Source of the DNA: Patescibacteria group bacterium
GTDB lineage: Bacteria > Patescibacteriota > Microgenomatia > UBA8517
Assembly (NCBI GenBank): GCA_018823885.1
Contig: JAHJHG010000009.1
Span: 151,751-215,750 of the forward strand
Direction: 5' to 3'
DNA: 64,000 bases
Shown here: positions 36,024 to 46,781 of the stretch, piece by piece
Layout of the letters: each line of letters begins with the position of its first letter
Numbering within the stretch: position 1 is the first letter of the stretch
The notes under the pieces: generated by a model
Database searches by the model: none
Seen by the model: only the letters and a program-made list of their open reading frames with translations
Told to the model about the DNA's origin: nothing
Translations under genes and position numbers: made by a program

Positions 36024-37469
36024 ATGGCGGAACAAAGACTTGAAGAAATTCGAAAAATTAGATTTGAAAAAGCAAAAAAGCTGAGAAGTCTGGGCATCAA
36101 TCCTTATCCGTCTAAAGCTCCTAGTAAGCCCGAGAAGATAAGTAATGTGGTAAGTACACTTGGTAAAGAAGCAGTCGTTGCTGGGCGTATTTGGAGCGTT
36201 AGAGAGCATGGTAATTGCTGCTTTGCCGACGTTAAAGACGAAACAGGAAAAATCCAGCTATTTCTACAAAAGAAAAAATTAGGAGAAAAATTCAAATTAG
36301 TAGATCTTCTTGATATTGGGGATTTTGTTTGGGCTAAAGGGGAGGTAATTAAAACAAAAGCTGGTGAAATCTCACTTGATGTTGCTGATCATGGAATATT
36401 AACAAAATCTATTCGCCCTATCCCTTCAACCTGGTATGGATTAAAAGATATGGAAGAGCGTTATCGTCAAAGATATATTGACTTACTTCTTAACGATGAA
36501 CTAAAAGATCTTTTCAAGAAAAAGACTGTATTTTGGCAAAGCATGCGCGAGTTTTTATACGAGAAAGGTTTTTTGGAAGTAGAGACTCCTATTTTGGAAA
36601 ATACGGTTGGTGGAGCTGATGCCAACCCTTTTGTAACTCACCACGATGCTTTGGATATAGATCTCTATCTCAGAATTTCGATGGGAGAGCTTTGGCAAAA
36701 AAGATTAATGGTTGCCGGATTTGAGAAAACATTTGAAATTGGCCGTCAATTTAGAAATGAAGGGATTAGTCACGAGCATTTACAAGATTACACCCAAATG
36801 GAGTTTTATTGGGCCTATGCGAATTATGAAGACTCGATGAAATTAGTGGAAGAAATGTATAAATATGTGGCTAAAAAAACTTTTGGCAAACTTAAGTTTA
36901 AAATTAATGATTTCGAAATTGATCTCTCTAAGACTTGGAAGAAGATCGATTATACAAAGACTCTTTTAGAACAAACAGGTGTTGATATCTCAAAGGCAAA
37001 GACTGACGAGATTAAAGCGAAGTTGAAAGAACTTAAAGTGCCATTCGAAAAGAAAGCGGCAAAGGGAAGGTTAATTGATGCACTTTGGAAGTCAATTAGA
37101 AAAAACATAGCGGGACCGGCGTTTTTAGTTGGGCATCCGGTTGAAGTATCACCTTTGGCCAAAAGAAAAGAGGATGATCCAGATTTTACCGAAAGATATC
37201 AAGTCATTATTGCAGGAAGTGAGATGGGTAATGGATATTCAGAGCTTAATGATCCAGCAGACCAGACAGAGAGATTTAAAGAACAGCAAAAGATGAGGGA
37301 TGAAGGAGATAAGGATGCTCAGATGCACGACCAAGATTTTGTAAAAGCTTTAGAATACGGAATGCCGCCGGTAACTGGTTTTGGTGTTAGCGAAAGACTG
37401 TTTTCATTCTTAGCTGACAAGCCCATTCGCGAAACTGTACTGTTTCCTCTTCTGAGACCAAAAAAATGA
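36024..37469 (+). CDS. lysS: Lysine--tRNA ligase (class II)
   Basis: N-terminal OB anticodon-binding domain. Class II motifs FRNEGIS and GNGYSELNDP. C-terminal GFGVSERL. Confidence 0.9.
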   Translation: MAEQRLEEIRKIRFEKAKKLRSLGINPYPSKAPSKPEKISNVVSTLGKEAVVAGRIWSVREHGNCCFADVKDETGKIQLFLQKKKLGEKFKLVDLLDIGDFVWAKGEVIKTKAGEISLDVADHGILTKSIRPIPSTWYGLKDMEERYRQRYIDLLLNDELKDLFKKKTVFWQSMREFLYEKGFLEVETPILENTVGGADANPFVTHHDALDIDLYLRISMGELWQKRLMVAGFEKTFEIGRQFRNEGISHEHLQDYTQMEFYWAYANYEDSMKLVEEMYKYVAKKTFGKLKFKINDFEIDLSKTWKKIDYTKTLLEQTGVDISKAKTDEIKAKLKELKVPFEKKAAKGRLIDALWKSIRKNIAGPAFLVGHPVEVSPLAKRKEDDPDFTERYQVIIAGSEMGNGYSELNDPADQTERFKEQQKMRDEGDKDAQMHDQDFVKALEYGMPPVTGFGVSERLFSFLADKPIRETVLFPLLRPKK

Positions 37470-38023
37470 AGAAGAGATTGGTTAACTCGTTGTTAAAGGT
37501 TGGGAAATTAAAATCCTTAAAGCGCACGGGCTGGGTGCGGGAAGGTATGCCTGACCCCGAAAGTGTAGCAGAACATACTTTTAGAGTATGCCTATTGGTT
37601 GTCTTCTTGGGAGAAGAATTGAAGGTCTCGATGGACAAACTTCTAAAAATGGCTGTTCTTCATGATATAGAAGAAGCTGCAACAGAAGATCCTGTTACAC
37701 AGAGAGGGACAGAAGATATTGATGATCATGATCACGAGTCGGAGAAACATATTGTTAGAGACTTAGTTTCTGAAGCTTCGGCGCCACAAGAATTATATCA
37801 ATTATGGATAGAGCATTTGGGAAAGAATGCAAAAGGGGGTTCTCGAGAAGCAGATATTCTTTATCAATTAGGGAAAATTGCCACAGTATGGCAAGCTTTG
37901 GAGTATGAACTTGACGGAGCAGATCCTAAAAAACTTGATGAATTTTGGGAGAACGCACGAGAACATACAAAGGAACAATTGTTAATAAATCTATTAGATT
38001 CCTTAGAAAAAAGAAGAAAATGA
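37466..38023 (+). CDS. HD-domain phosphohydrolase (YfbR-like 5'-deoxynucleotidase family)
   Basis: H...HD motif (EHTFRV...LHDIEEA). 185 aa. ATGA overlap with lysS. Confidence 0.6.
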   Translation: MKKRLVNSLLKVGKLKSLKRTGWVREGMPDPESVAEHTFRVCLLVVFLGEELKVSMDKLLKMAVLHDIEEAATEDPVTQRGTEDIDDHDHESEKHIVRDLVSEASAPQELYQLWIEHLGKNAKGGSREADILYQLGKIATVWQALEYELDGADPKKLDEFWENAREHTKEQLLINLLDSLEKRRK

Positions 38024-38586
38024 TAATAAGAAAAAACGCCTTGGAACTTCTGCACAAAAACATGCAGAACATTAATCTAAGAAGACATTGTTATGCTGTG
38101 GAGGCGACGATGTGTGCTTTGGCAAAGCGGTTTAAAGAAGACGAAGAAAAATGGGGGATGGTTGGACTTCTTCATGATGGGGATTACGAAAAAACCAAAG
38201 AGATACCAGAAAAACATACTCTTTTAATGGCGGAATGGTTAAAAGAAGCCGGTGAGGGTGATAAAGAGATATTGAGTGCAATATTGTCTCATAACTACGC
38301 TCATACAGGGGAAAATCCTCCCAAGAACAAGCTAGAATGGTCTTTATACTGTTGTGATGAATTAACTGGTTTTATTGTTGCCGTAGCCCTTGTCAGGCCG
38401 GATAAGAAATTAGCTTCGGTCACAGCCGATTCTATTTTGAAGAAGTGGAATCAAAAATCTTTTGCCGCCGGCGTAAAAAGAGAGCAAATAGAAGAGTGCG
38501 AGCCTAGCTTAGGAATACCGTTAAGGGAATTTGTTGAAATAACTCTTAACGCTATGCAGGGAATTTCAAATGATTTAGGGTTATAA
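38020..38586 (+). CDS. Second HD-domain hydrolase
   Basis: RRHCYAVE...LLHDGDYEK HD signature. Start taken at the ATG at 38020 (ATGA overlap with the previous gene) rather than the earlier start in the ORF track. Confidence 0.55.
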   Translation: MIIRKNALELLHKNMQNINLRRHCYAVEATMCALAKRFKEDEEKWGMVGLLHDGDYEKTKEIPEKHTLLMAEWLKEAGEGDKEILSAILSHNYAHTGENPPKNKLEWSLYCCDELTGFIVAVALVRPDKKLASVTADSILKKWNQKSFAAGVKREQIEECEPSLGIPLREFVEITLNAMQGISNDLGL

Positions 38587-38593
38587 TAATTCA

Positions 38594-39820
38594 ATGATAG
38601 ACATTAACTATATTAGAGAAAATCCGGAAAAGGTGAAAAAGGGGATAGAGGCAAAACAGCTTGATCCAAAACGAGTTGACGAAGTTTTGGAGTTAGACAA
38701 AAAAAGACGAGAGCTATTGAGCGAAATTGAAACCTTGCGCGCAGATAGAAATAGGGTTGCGAAAGAACAAGATAAAGAAAAAGGTAAAGAGATAAAAACA
38801 AAACTTCAAAAACTAGAACCAGAATTGGCGAAAATTGAAAAAGAATACAAAGAAAAACTATACCAAATCCCAAATCTACCGGCAGACGATGTGAAGACGG
38901 GCAAGGATGAAAGTGAAAACGAGGTTATTAGGGAATGGGGAGAAAAAAAGAAATCTTCTGCTAAGGATTATTTGGAATTAGGTGAGGATTTAGACATTAT
39001 CGATATTAAGCGTGCCGCAAAAGTTTCCGGGAGTCGTTTTGGTTACTTAAAGGGCGATGGCGCTCTTCTTGAGCTTGCTCTGGTTCAGCTCGCAATGGAG
39101 TTTTTGGTTAAAGAAGGATTTACCCCTGTCATTCCTCCCTCCTTTATTAAAAGGGAGTCAATGCGAGGAATGGGATATTTAGAACACGGCGGAGAAGAGG
39201 ATATGTACGTATTTGAGAAAGATGATCTAGTCTTAGTGGGCACATCAGAGCAATCAATTGGACCGATGCATATGGACGAGGTTTTAGAAGAAAAGAATTT
39301 GCCCAAGAGGTATGTTAGTTTCTCTCCATGTTTTAGGCGGGAAGCAGGCTCCTACGGTAAAGACACAAAAGGAATATTAAGGGTTCATCAGTTTGATAAA
39401 GTAGAGATGTTTTCTTTTACTAAGCCGGGGGACTCTGAAAAAGAGCATGAATATTTGCTTTCTTTAGAAGAAAAGTTTTTTCAAGCCCTAGAAATTCCTT
39501 ATCAGGTAGTGAAAATGTGTTCAGGTGATTTGGGAGCGCCAGCCGCAAAAAAATATGATTTAGAGGCTTGGATGCCGGGGCAGGGGAAATATGTAGAGGT
39601 AACTTCGACCTCCAATGCAACTGATTTTCAGGCCCGAAGGCTTAATATTAAATACCAAGATAAAGGTGAAACAAAATTTGTACACACATTAAACGGTACG
39701 GCATTTGCTATCGGTCGCACAATAATTGCGATAATAGAGAATTATCAACAAAAAGACGGGAGTATTCTAATTCCTGATGTTCTTCAAAAGTGGGTTGGAA
39801 AAGAAAAAATTACTAAATAA
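38594..39820 (+). CDS. serS: Serine--tRNA ligase
   Basis: N-terminal coiled coil. Class II motifs FRREAGSYGKDTKG and GTAFAIGRTIIAIIENYQ. Confidence 0.9.
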   Translation: MIDINYIRENPEKVKKGIEAKQLDPKRVDEVLELDKKRRELLSEIETLRADRNRVAKEQDKEKGKEIKTKLQKLEPELAKIEKEYKEKLYQIPNLPADDVKTGKDESENEVIREWGEKKKSSAKDYLELGEDLDIIDIKRAAKVSGSRFGYLKGDGALLELALVQLAMEFLVKEGFTPVIPPSFIKRESMRGMGYLEHGGEEDMYVFEKDDLVLVGTSEQSIGPMHMDEVLEEKNLPKRYVSFSPCFRREAGSYGKDTKGILRVHQFDKVEMFSFTKPGDSEKEHEYLLSLEEKFFQALEIPYQVVKMCSGDLGAPAAKKYDLEAWMPGQGKYVEVTSTSNATDFQARRLNIKYQDKGETKFVHTLNGTAFAIGRTIIAIIENYQQKDGSILIPDVLQKWVGKEKITK

Positions 39821-39833
39821 ACCAGAAAATTAA

Positions 39834-41075
39834 TTATTCTTTTTCTTCGTAGTATTTTTTATCTTTTAATCTCTCTGGCAACAAGCTTTCTTCTGGATAA
39901 AGCTCATAATCTTTACCGTAATCAAGATCCTCCATTAATTTGGTAACAGGGTTTCTAATTTTTAAAGGAACGGGAAGATTGCCATATTGTTTTACATCCC
40001 CCAAAGCTTTCATGTAGGCTTCGTATGCTGATCTGTTCTTTTTTGCTTGAGCTAGATAAACAGTTCCTGCTGCTAAATTCTCTTGACATTCAGGGTAGCC
40101 AATCATTTCACAAGCTCTAAATACGGAGTTGGCGACCACTAAAGCAGTTGGCGAGGAAACATCTTCGGAAGCAAACACAACCATTCTCCTTGCTATATAA
40201 AGAGGATCCTGTCCCGCTTCAACCATTCTGGCTAGATAATAAAGGGCGGCATCAACATCGCTTGCTCTCATTGATTTTATAAACGCTGAAATTACGTTGT
40301 AATATTCTTCACCTTTTTTATCAAAAGTAAATTGTCTTCTTTGAAGAGCTTCTTCCAGGTCTTTCAATGTGATTTTCTTTGACTTAGAAAGATTAGTGGC
40401 AATTTCCAGAACATTTAACATTACTCTTGCATCACCATTTGAAGATTCAATAAGAAAAGTTTTCATTTCCTTATCTAGTGTGATCGTAAGGAATTTAATG
40501 GCTTTGTTAAGGATTTTATTTAAAGCCTTTTTGTCTAATTGATTAAGCGTTAAGATTCGGGATCGGGAGAGCATTGGTCCGATTACTTCAAAGGAAGGGT
40601 TTTCGGTCGTTGCCCCGATTAGTATTATTATTCCCTTTTCAACATGAGGAAGAAGTTTGTCTTGCTGTGCTTTATTAAATCTATGAATTTCATCGATAAA
40701 GATAATTGGAGCGCCTTTTTCTTTTTTCTTTTTCGTTTTTTTAACCAGTCTCATTTGCCCTGGTGCACCCCTTAATTGGATGATTTTTGTGATTATTTCT
40801 TCGACATCTTTTATTGAAGTGTTAACAGCTGAAAATTCAAAAAACTCTCGGTTTAGTTTATTGGCAATAATTCTTGCTAAGGTTGTTTTCCCTGAGCCGG
40901 GTGGTCCCCAGAAAATTAATGATGGGAAAAAACCCGTTTGCTTGGCACCAGTAATGAGTTTTTTAATGACTCCTTCTTTTCCAGTTAGATGTTCTTGGCC
41001 AACAAAACCGGTCAATGCGGGCGGTCTTAGCTTTTCAGGTAGAGGGATTTGGTCCATGGACATATAATAATCCAA
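39834..41075 (-). CDS. rarA: Replication-associated recombination protein A (RarA/MgsA AAA+ ATPase)
   Basis: Walker A GPPGSGKTTLA, Walker B IIFIDEIHRFNK, C-terminal MgsA helical domain. 413 aa. Confidence 0.85.
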   Translation of the reverse strand: MDYYMSMDQIPLPEKLRPPALTGFVGQEHLTGKEGVIKKLITGAKQTGFFPSLIFWGPPGSGKTTLARIIANKLNREFFEFSAVNTSIKDVEEIITKIIQLRGAPGQMRLVKKTKKKKEKGAPIIFIDEIHRFNKAQQDKLLPHVEKGIIILIGATTENPSFEVIGPMLSRSRILTLNQLDKKALNKILNKAIKFLTITLDKEMKTFLIESSNGDARVMLNVLEIATNLSKSKKITLKDLEEALQRRQFTFDKKGEEYYNVISAFIKSMRASDVDAALYYLARMVEAGQDPLYIARRMVVFASEDVSSPTALVVANSVFRACEMIGYPECQENLAAGTVYLAQAKKNRSAYEAYMKALGDVKQYGNLPVPLKIRNPVTKLMEDLDYGKDYELYPEESLLPERLKDKKYYEEKE

Positions 41076-41125
41076 ACAAAAGACGAAGAAAAGGGGTTTC
41101 TTGGTTAGCGTATAATAGTTTAATC

Positions 41126-41800
41126 ATGGGAAAGCTAGAAAATTTTCTCTCAGGCTCGAAAATATTAGAAGAGGTCGTGTCTCCTATTAATGGTAGGCTT
41201 ACGGTTATTCGTGATTTGGCATGGGGTGTCCACATCAAAGCTGGAGGGTTAACTCAATCGGGTGGGGTTGCCGAAAAAGTTTGGTACGCTTCGCTAAAGG
41301 AAGTGGAGAAAGCAAAAACAAAAGTTAATAAATGTCTCATCCTCGGGTTAGGGGGAGGCGGAGCGGTAAGAGTTGTTAGAAAATATTGGCCCAAGACGGC
41401 AATAACTGGTGTAGAAATTGATCCGATTATGATTGATCTCGGGGGAAAGTATATGGGACTAAAAGAGGGCGAAGTAGAGGTTGTAATAGAGGATGCGATG
41501 AAATATGTAAAAAGGCAGACAAAAAAGAAGGAAAGGTACGATTTAATTTTGGTGGATTTATATATTGGAGACACTATTCCGGAAAAGTTTGCATCACCTG
41601 CTTTTTATACTTTGATAAGAAAACTTTTAAGGAGAGGCGGAGCGGTAGTAATTAATAGGTTATATTATAGCGAAAAGAGAAAATTGGCCGACATAACTCA
41701 CCAAGAACTGAAAGAGATTTTTTCAGAAGTTGTGGCTGTTTACCCCGAGGCCAATATAATGTTTGTGTGCTCAGACTCTGATAAGATGAAGGTATGTTAA
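41126..41800 (+). CDS. Spermidine synthase-like class I methyltransferase-fold protein
   Basis: Gly-rich LILGLGGGGAVR loop, EIDPIMIDL, DLILVDLY. Start taken at the ATG at 41126, which avoids overlap with rarA. The ORF track begins at 41015. Confidence 0.5.
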   Translation: MGKLENFLSGSKILEEVVSPINGRLTVIRDLAWGVHIKAGGLTQSGGVAEKVWYASLKEVEKAKTKVNKCLILGLGGGGAVRVVRKYWPKTAITGVEIDPIMIDLGGKYMGLKEGEVEVVIEDAMKYVKRQTKKKERYDLILVDLYIGDTIPEKFASPAFYTLIRKLLRRGGAVVINRLYYSEKRKLADITHQELKEIFSEVVAVYPEANIMFVCSDSDKMKVC

Positions 41801-44514
41801 ATATATTTTCTAAACTATTAGATTTAAATCAAAGGGAGCTTGACAGGCTCTCCAAAATTGTTGGCAAAATTAATTCTTTAGAGCCAGAAATAAAAAAGCT
41901 TAAAGACGGCGATTTTATCAAAAAGACCGAAGAGTATAAAAAGCGACTTAAAGAGGGAGAAGTAATTGAAAATATATTACCGGAGGCTTTTGCTCTTGCA
42001 AGGGAGGCTTCATGGAGAGCGATTGGTTTAAAGCCGTATGATGTTCAACTTCAAGCTGCGATTGCTCTTTTTGAAGGTAAGGTTGTTGAACAAAAAACAG
42101 GGGAGGGAAAAACCCTGTCTGCTGTTCCCGCACTATATTTAAGGGCTCTTGTCGGGAAAGGAGTCCATCTTGTTACTGTTAACGATTACTTGGCTCGCCG
42201 AGATGCAGGTTGGAATGCGCCCGCTTTTGAGATGTTGGGGCTCTCAGTTGGAGTAATCGTTCAAGAAATGAAATCTTTTGTCTACGATACTAAACATGAA
42301 GACAAAAGTCATGGGGATGAGCGTCTTGCCCATTTAAAACCTGCCCAAAGGAAGGAAGCATATGAAGCTGATGTTACTTATGGGACGAATAACGAATTTG
42401 GATTTGATTATCTTCGAGACAATATGGTTCAAAGCCTCGAGCAAATGTCTCAGAGAAGTCACTATTTTGCCATTGTTGATGAGGTGGACTCTGTTTTAGT
42501 TGACGAAGCAAGAACTCCTTTGATTATTTCGGCCCCCGACGCAGAGCCAACCGATAAATATTACAAATTTGCGGGACTTGTTGAACAGCTTAATCCCGAT
42601 ACAGATTATTCAATGGACGAAAAAGCCAAAAGCGCAACTTTAACAGAGCATGGTATTACCAGGGTGGAAAAGATATTAAAAACACCCAATTTATACGAAA
42701 AAGACTTTGAATCGATACACCATATCGAAAATGCCCTTCGCGCCAAAACATTATTTTTGAGAGATAGAGAATATGTTGTTAAAGACAACAAAGTAACCAT
42801 TGTTGATGAATTCACGGGAAGATTGATGGTTGGCCGCCGTTGGAGTGATGGACTTCATCAAGCGGTTGAAGCAAAAGAGGGAGTTGTTATTCAACAAGAA
42901 AGTAAAACCTTGGCAACAATTTCTTTTCAGAATTATTTCAGGATGTATGACCATCTTTCCGGTATGACAGGGACAGCCGCAACCGAAGCAGAGGAGTTCA
43001 AGAAAATTTATGACCTTGATGTTATTGTTGTTCCCACAAATGACCCAATGGTCAGAAAGGATCGTTCTGATGTAATTTATAAATCTCTACGAGGGAAATA
43101 TGGAGCCATAGTAAAAGAGATTGAAGAGAAACACAAAAAGGGACAACCTATTTTAGTAGGTACCACCTCTATTGATAAAAATGAAATAGTTGATACATAT
43201 CTTAAGCGCAAGAAAATTCCCCATAACGTTCTTAATGCTAAGAACCACGAAAAAGAGGCATCGATCATTTCTCAGGCGGGAAAACCAGGTGCCGTTACTG
43301 TTGCGACAAATATGGCCGGTCGAGGTGTTGATATTGTTTTAGGAGGAACTCCTCCAGAGATACCTTCCGGTATGAGTAAAGAGAAATACAAGGAAACTAA
43401 AGGATACAAAGAGTGGCAGAATGCTCATGATGAAGTGATTAAGGCAGGTGGGCTTCATGTAATAGGAACTGAAAGGCATGAATCGAGAAGAATAGACAAT
43501 CAGTTGAGAGGTCGTTCTGGTCGACAAGGAGATGCAGGATCTTCTCTTTTCTATCTTTCATTAGAAGATGATTTGATGAGAATTTTCGGAGGAGAGCAAA
43601 TAGGGGGAATAATGGAAAAATTGAAGTTGCCTGAAGACCAGCCAATTGAAAATAAAATGGTTTCAAGAGCAATTGAACAATCGCAGGTTAAAGTTGAAGG
43701 ATTCAACTTTGACATGAGGAAGAGATTGGTCGAATATGATGATGTCGCTAACCAACAAAGAGAAATAGTTTATGGTTTGAGAAGAAGGATATTGGAGTCG
43801 AAAGATCTAAAGAAGGAGGTTCTTGAAAAGTTAGAACACAGGATTGACAGGATCCTATTATTGGCCTTTCCCGAAGACGGAGGGAAACCAAATCACGAAA
43901 GAATTATTGTTAGCCTTCTTGAGATAATTCCTTTTGATGATGTTTCCAAAGAAGCGGTTAAAAAACAACTTGCTAAATCAGATGACAAAGACAAAATTAG
44001 AACGCTATTAATAAAGGTACTAAATGATGTTCACAAAACGCGGGAGAAACAAGTGGGCGAAACAGTAATGAGACAGATTGAAAAGTATGCCTATTTGGGA
44101 TCGATTGATCACCTTTGGATCAATCATATTGACCACATTGATGGATTAAGAGAAGCGGTTACCTTAAGAGCTTATGGACAAAGAGATCCCTTGGTTGAAT
44201 TCAAGCAAGAGGCGTTTGATCTTTTTGAGGGATTGATAGATAAGATTGACGAAGAACTTTCAAGAAGAATATTTAGGGTAGGGGTGGCGGTTCCTCAACC
44301 GGAAATTCCTTTAGATCAAGCCAGGACAAATATAGATAAAACTGACGCCATGGGCTTAGCTCAGAAAGGTACTGATGAAACAGCTCAAAGTGGAAGTAAA
44401 GCCTTTTCTGGCAGTAAGGCTACAACAAAGAAAAAGGTAGGTAGAAACGACCCCTGCTGGTGTGGGAGCGGCAAAAAATGGAAGAAGTGTCACTATCCTC
44501 AGCAAGGGGAATAG
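41794..44514 (+). CDS. secA: Preprotein translocase ATPase SecA
   Basis: DEAD-like motor motifs. C-terminal zinc-binding CWCGSGKKWKKCH. 906 aa. Confidence 0.9.
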   Translation: MLNIFSKLLDLNQRELDRLSKIVGKINSLEPEIKKLKDGDFIKKTEEYKKRLKEGEVIENILPEAFALAREASWRAIGLKPYDVQLQAAIALFEGKVVEQKTGEGKTLSAVPALYLRALVGKGVHLVTVNDYLARRDAGWNAPAFEMLGLSVGVIVQEMKSFVYDTKHEDKSHGDERLAHLKPAQRKEAYEADVTYGTNNEFGFDYLRDNMVQSLEQMSQRSHYFAIVDEVDSVLVDEARTPLIISAPDAEPTDKYYKFAGLVEQLNPDTDYSMDEKAKSATLTEHGITRVEKILKTPNLYEKDFESIHHIENALRAKTLFLRDREYVVKDNKVTIVDEFTGRLMVGRRWSDGLHQAVEAKEGVVIQQESKTLATISFQNYFRMYDHLSGMTGTAATEAEEFKKIYDLDVIVVPTNDPMVRKDRSDVIYKSLRGKYGAIVKEIEEKHKKGQPILVGTTSIDKNEIVDTYLKRKKIPHNVLNAKNHEKEASIISQAGKPGAVTVATNMAGRGVDIVLGGTPPEIPSGMSKEKYKETKGYKEWQNAHDEVIKAGGLHVIGTERHESRRIDNQLRGRSGRQGDAGSSLFYLSLEDDLMRIFGGEQIGGIMEKLKLPEDQPIENKMVSRAIEQSQVKVEGFNFDMRKRLVEYDDVANQQREIVYGLRRRILESKDLKKEVLEKLEHRIDRILLLAFPEDGGKPNHERIIVSLLEIIPFDDVSKEAVKKQLAKSDDKDKIRTLLIKVLNDVHKTREKQVGETVMRQIEKYAYLGSIDHLWINHIDHIDGLREAVTLRAYGQRDPLVEFKQEAFDLFEGLIDKIDEELSRRIFRVGVAVPQPEIPLDQARTNIDKTDAMGLAQKGTDETAQSGSKAFSGSKATTKKKVGRNDPCWCGSGKKWKKCHYPQQGE

Positions 44515-44574
44515 ACACCAGAGATATCAAATTGCCTCTTGTGGCCGATTTGTTAATATGTAAAAATCGCACTT

Positions 44575-45114
44575 GTGGAAGAAGAAAATCAGGATAATGT
44601 TACCCAAAATAAAATAATGATTGGTTTGGGGGTCGTAGCTTTTGGGGTTTTTGCCTTAGTTTTCTTTGGAAATTTCGGTACGCCCAAGAAACTGGACGTA
44701 GAAGTAGAGGGAACTAAGACAGAAAAAGAAAGCTTGCAATTTGAGATTGAAGGGGAGGATGAAGAAATGACAGCAGAAGAATTACAAATAGAAGATATTG
44801 TTGTCGGCAAAGGAGAAGAAACAGCTTCTGGCGCCAAAATAACAGTTAACTACTCAGGGACATTAACTGATGGAACTAAGTTTGACAGTTCCTATGATCG
44901 AGGTGAACCTTTTACTTTCCTTTTTGGTGTTGGCCAAGTTATCCCTGGTTGGGATAAAGGATTGGTTGGAATGAAAGTTGGCGGAAAAAGAATATTAACA
45001 ATTCCTTCTGAAATGGCTTACGGAGAAGCAGGGGCAGGCGATGTTATTCCTCCTAACGCAACTTTAATTTTTGAAGTAGAACTTCTAGATGTGGAACTTC
45101 CAGAGACAGAATAG
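44575..45114 (+). CDS. FKBP-type peptidyl-prolyl cis-trans isomerase
   Basis: N-terminal TM anchor. FKBP core YSGTLTDGTKFDSSYDRGEPFTFLFGVGQVIPGWDKGLVGMKVGGKR. Confidence 0.8.
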   Translation: MEEENQDNVTQNKIMIGLGVVAFGVFALVFFGNFGTPKKLDVEVEGTKTEKESLQFEIEGEDEEMTAEELQIEDIVVGKGEETASGAKITVNYSGTLTDGTKFDSSYDRGEPFTFLFGVGQVIPGWDKGLVGMKVGGKRILTIPSEMAYGEAGAGDVIPPNATLIFEVELLDVELPETE

Positions 45115-45157
45115 CAAGAACATGCTCCAGTAGATAGAAAATGATATTATTGAGGTA

Positions 45158-45622
45158 ATGAACCTGCCTTCAGTTTTTAAACAAACGATAAATTTTAACC
45201 TTGGAAATATTTCGTTTTCCCCTTCATATATTCAAGCAGGTGGGATTATCTTCTTGCTTTTTCTTTTAGTATTAACTCTTGCCAGAGTCAGAAGGTTGTA
45301 TGTTAATTGGAATCTAAGTAGTGCAGGGTCAATGTTGTTCATAGGCTTTGTTTTAGCTTTGATATTGGAAGGATTTCTAATATTAGGTGGGAGAACGATG
45401 TTGACAGAAATACTAGGGTGGGAAAATGCCCCTAAGCCACTTCAGAATGCCTTGGTTGCAGGAAGGGAAAGAATGGCTGAAGTTTTGGGTATAACGGAGG
45501 AAATTCCTGATACTTATGCAGAGGGCACTCTTGATTTGTATGATGTTGTGACTGAATTTCAAAGCTTAAATTCCGAAGACGCGGAAGAATTTCGCTCCAT
45601 GATTTGTACTCCCGAAGAATAA
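45158..45622 (+). CDS. Hypothetical membrane protein
   Basis: 154 aa with two TM helices. No domain recognised. Confidence 0.4.
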   Translation: MNLPSVFKQTINFNLGNISFSPSYIQAGGIIFLLFLLVLTLARVRRLYVNWNLSSAGSMLFIGFVLALILEGFLILGGRTMLTEILGWENAPKPLQNALVAGRERMAEVLGITEEIPDTYAEGTLDLYDVVTEFQSLNSEDAEEFRSMICTPEE

Positions 45623-45662
45623 GGCTACGGATCGCTCCTCTTTTGATATACTTAAGCTTGTT

Positions 45663-46757
45663 ATGCAAGATCTAAAACAAAATATTAAGAGAATATCCTC
45701 TGATTTTAATAAAATTAAGGCATCGCTTAATTTAAAAGAAAAAGAGGAAAAATTATCAAAACTAGAAGCTGAATCAACAGATACTAATCTTTGGGATAAT
45801 CAAGAAAAGGCGAGGAAATTGATGCAGGAGATTGGAGATATTTCGCATGAAGTTAAAAAGATTAAAGATTTACAAAGCGAAATTGCAACCTTGAACGAGT
45901 TTGCTAAAGAAGGAGAATTGTCATCGGATCTTAAAAGTGACGTTGAAAAATTAGAAAAGCAAGTTGAAGAACTAAAGCTCTCCTCATTTCTTTCAGGAGG
46001 TTATGATGGAAAGAACGCCATTGTATCTATTCATGCCGGCCAAGGAGGAACGGAAGCAATGGATTGGACAAGTATGCTCTATAGAATGTATACGAAGTAT
46101 TGCGAGAAAAGGGGATGGAAGATGCAAGTTATAGATTTATCTTCGGGTGAAGAAGCAGGAATAAAAAGTGTCGTTTTTAAAGTTGCCGGACTTCATGCTT
46201 ATGGATATCTAAAGGGCGAAGCGGGGACACATAGATTGGTGAGGCAATCCCCTTTTAATGCTGACAAACTTCGTCAAACATCCTTTTCCTTGGTAGAGGT
46301 CCTTCCAGAAATAGATGAAGTGGATATGCCGGAATTAGAAATGAAAGATGATGACCTTGAGTGGCAGTTTTTTAGGGCCTCTACACAAGGAGGCCAGAAT
46401 GTCCAGAAAGTATCGACGGCTGTGAGAGTAAAACATAAACCGACAAATACAGTTGTGACTGCACAACGGGAGCGATCCCAAATACAAAATAGGCAGATAG
46501 CCCTTGATTTGCTTCGCGCAAAGCTTTGGGTATTGGAGCAAGCAAAAAAGGATGCCGAGGAAAAAGGATTAAAGGGTGAATATAAGCCGGCCTCCTGGGG
46601 AACACAAATCCGTTCATATGTCCTGCATCCATATAAAATGGTTAAGGATTTGAGAACCAAGGTAGAGACAGCTGATCCGGAATCAGTACTTGATGGGGGT
46701 CTAGATGAATTTATTGAAGCAGAGCTAAAATTATCAGAAAGGGCTATTGATACTTGA
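45663..46757 (+). CDS. prfB: Peptide chain release factor 2
   Basis: SPF tripeptide (RQSPFNA) and GGQ motif (GGQNVQKVSTAVR). Single uninterrupted frame, 364 aa. Confidence 0.85.
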   Translation: MQDLKQNIKRISSDFNKIKASLNLKEKEEKLSKLEAESTDTNLWDNQEKARKLMQEIGDISHEVKKIKDLQSEIATLNEFAKEGELSSDLKSDVEKLEKQVEELKLSSFLSGGYDGKNAIVSIHAGQGGTEAMDWTSMLYRMYTKYCEKRGWKMQVIDLSSGEEAGIKSVVFKVAGLHAYGYLKGEAGTHRLVRQSPFNADKLRQTSFSLVEVLPEIDEVDMPELEMKDDDLEWQFFRASTQGGQNVQKVSTAVRVKHKPTNTVVTAQRERSQIQNRQIALDLLRAKLWVLEQAKKDAEEKGLKGEYKPASWGTQIRSYVLHPYKMVKDLRTKVETADPESVLDGGLDEFIEAELKLSERAIDT

Positions 46758-46781
46758 TAGTTTTTCCCTGGCAATGATATA

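Noticed and set aside
41015-41125. Longer start for the spermidine-synthase-like gene overlapping rarA
   Set aside because: That N-terminal segment overlaps the rarA start on the opposite strand and reads as low-complexity. The ATG at 41126 follows a TATAAT-like box and gives a typical N-terminus.
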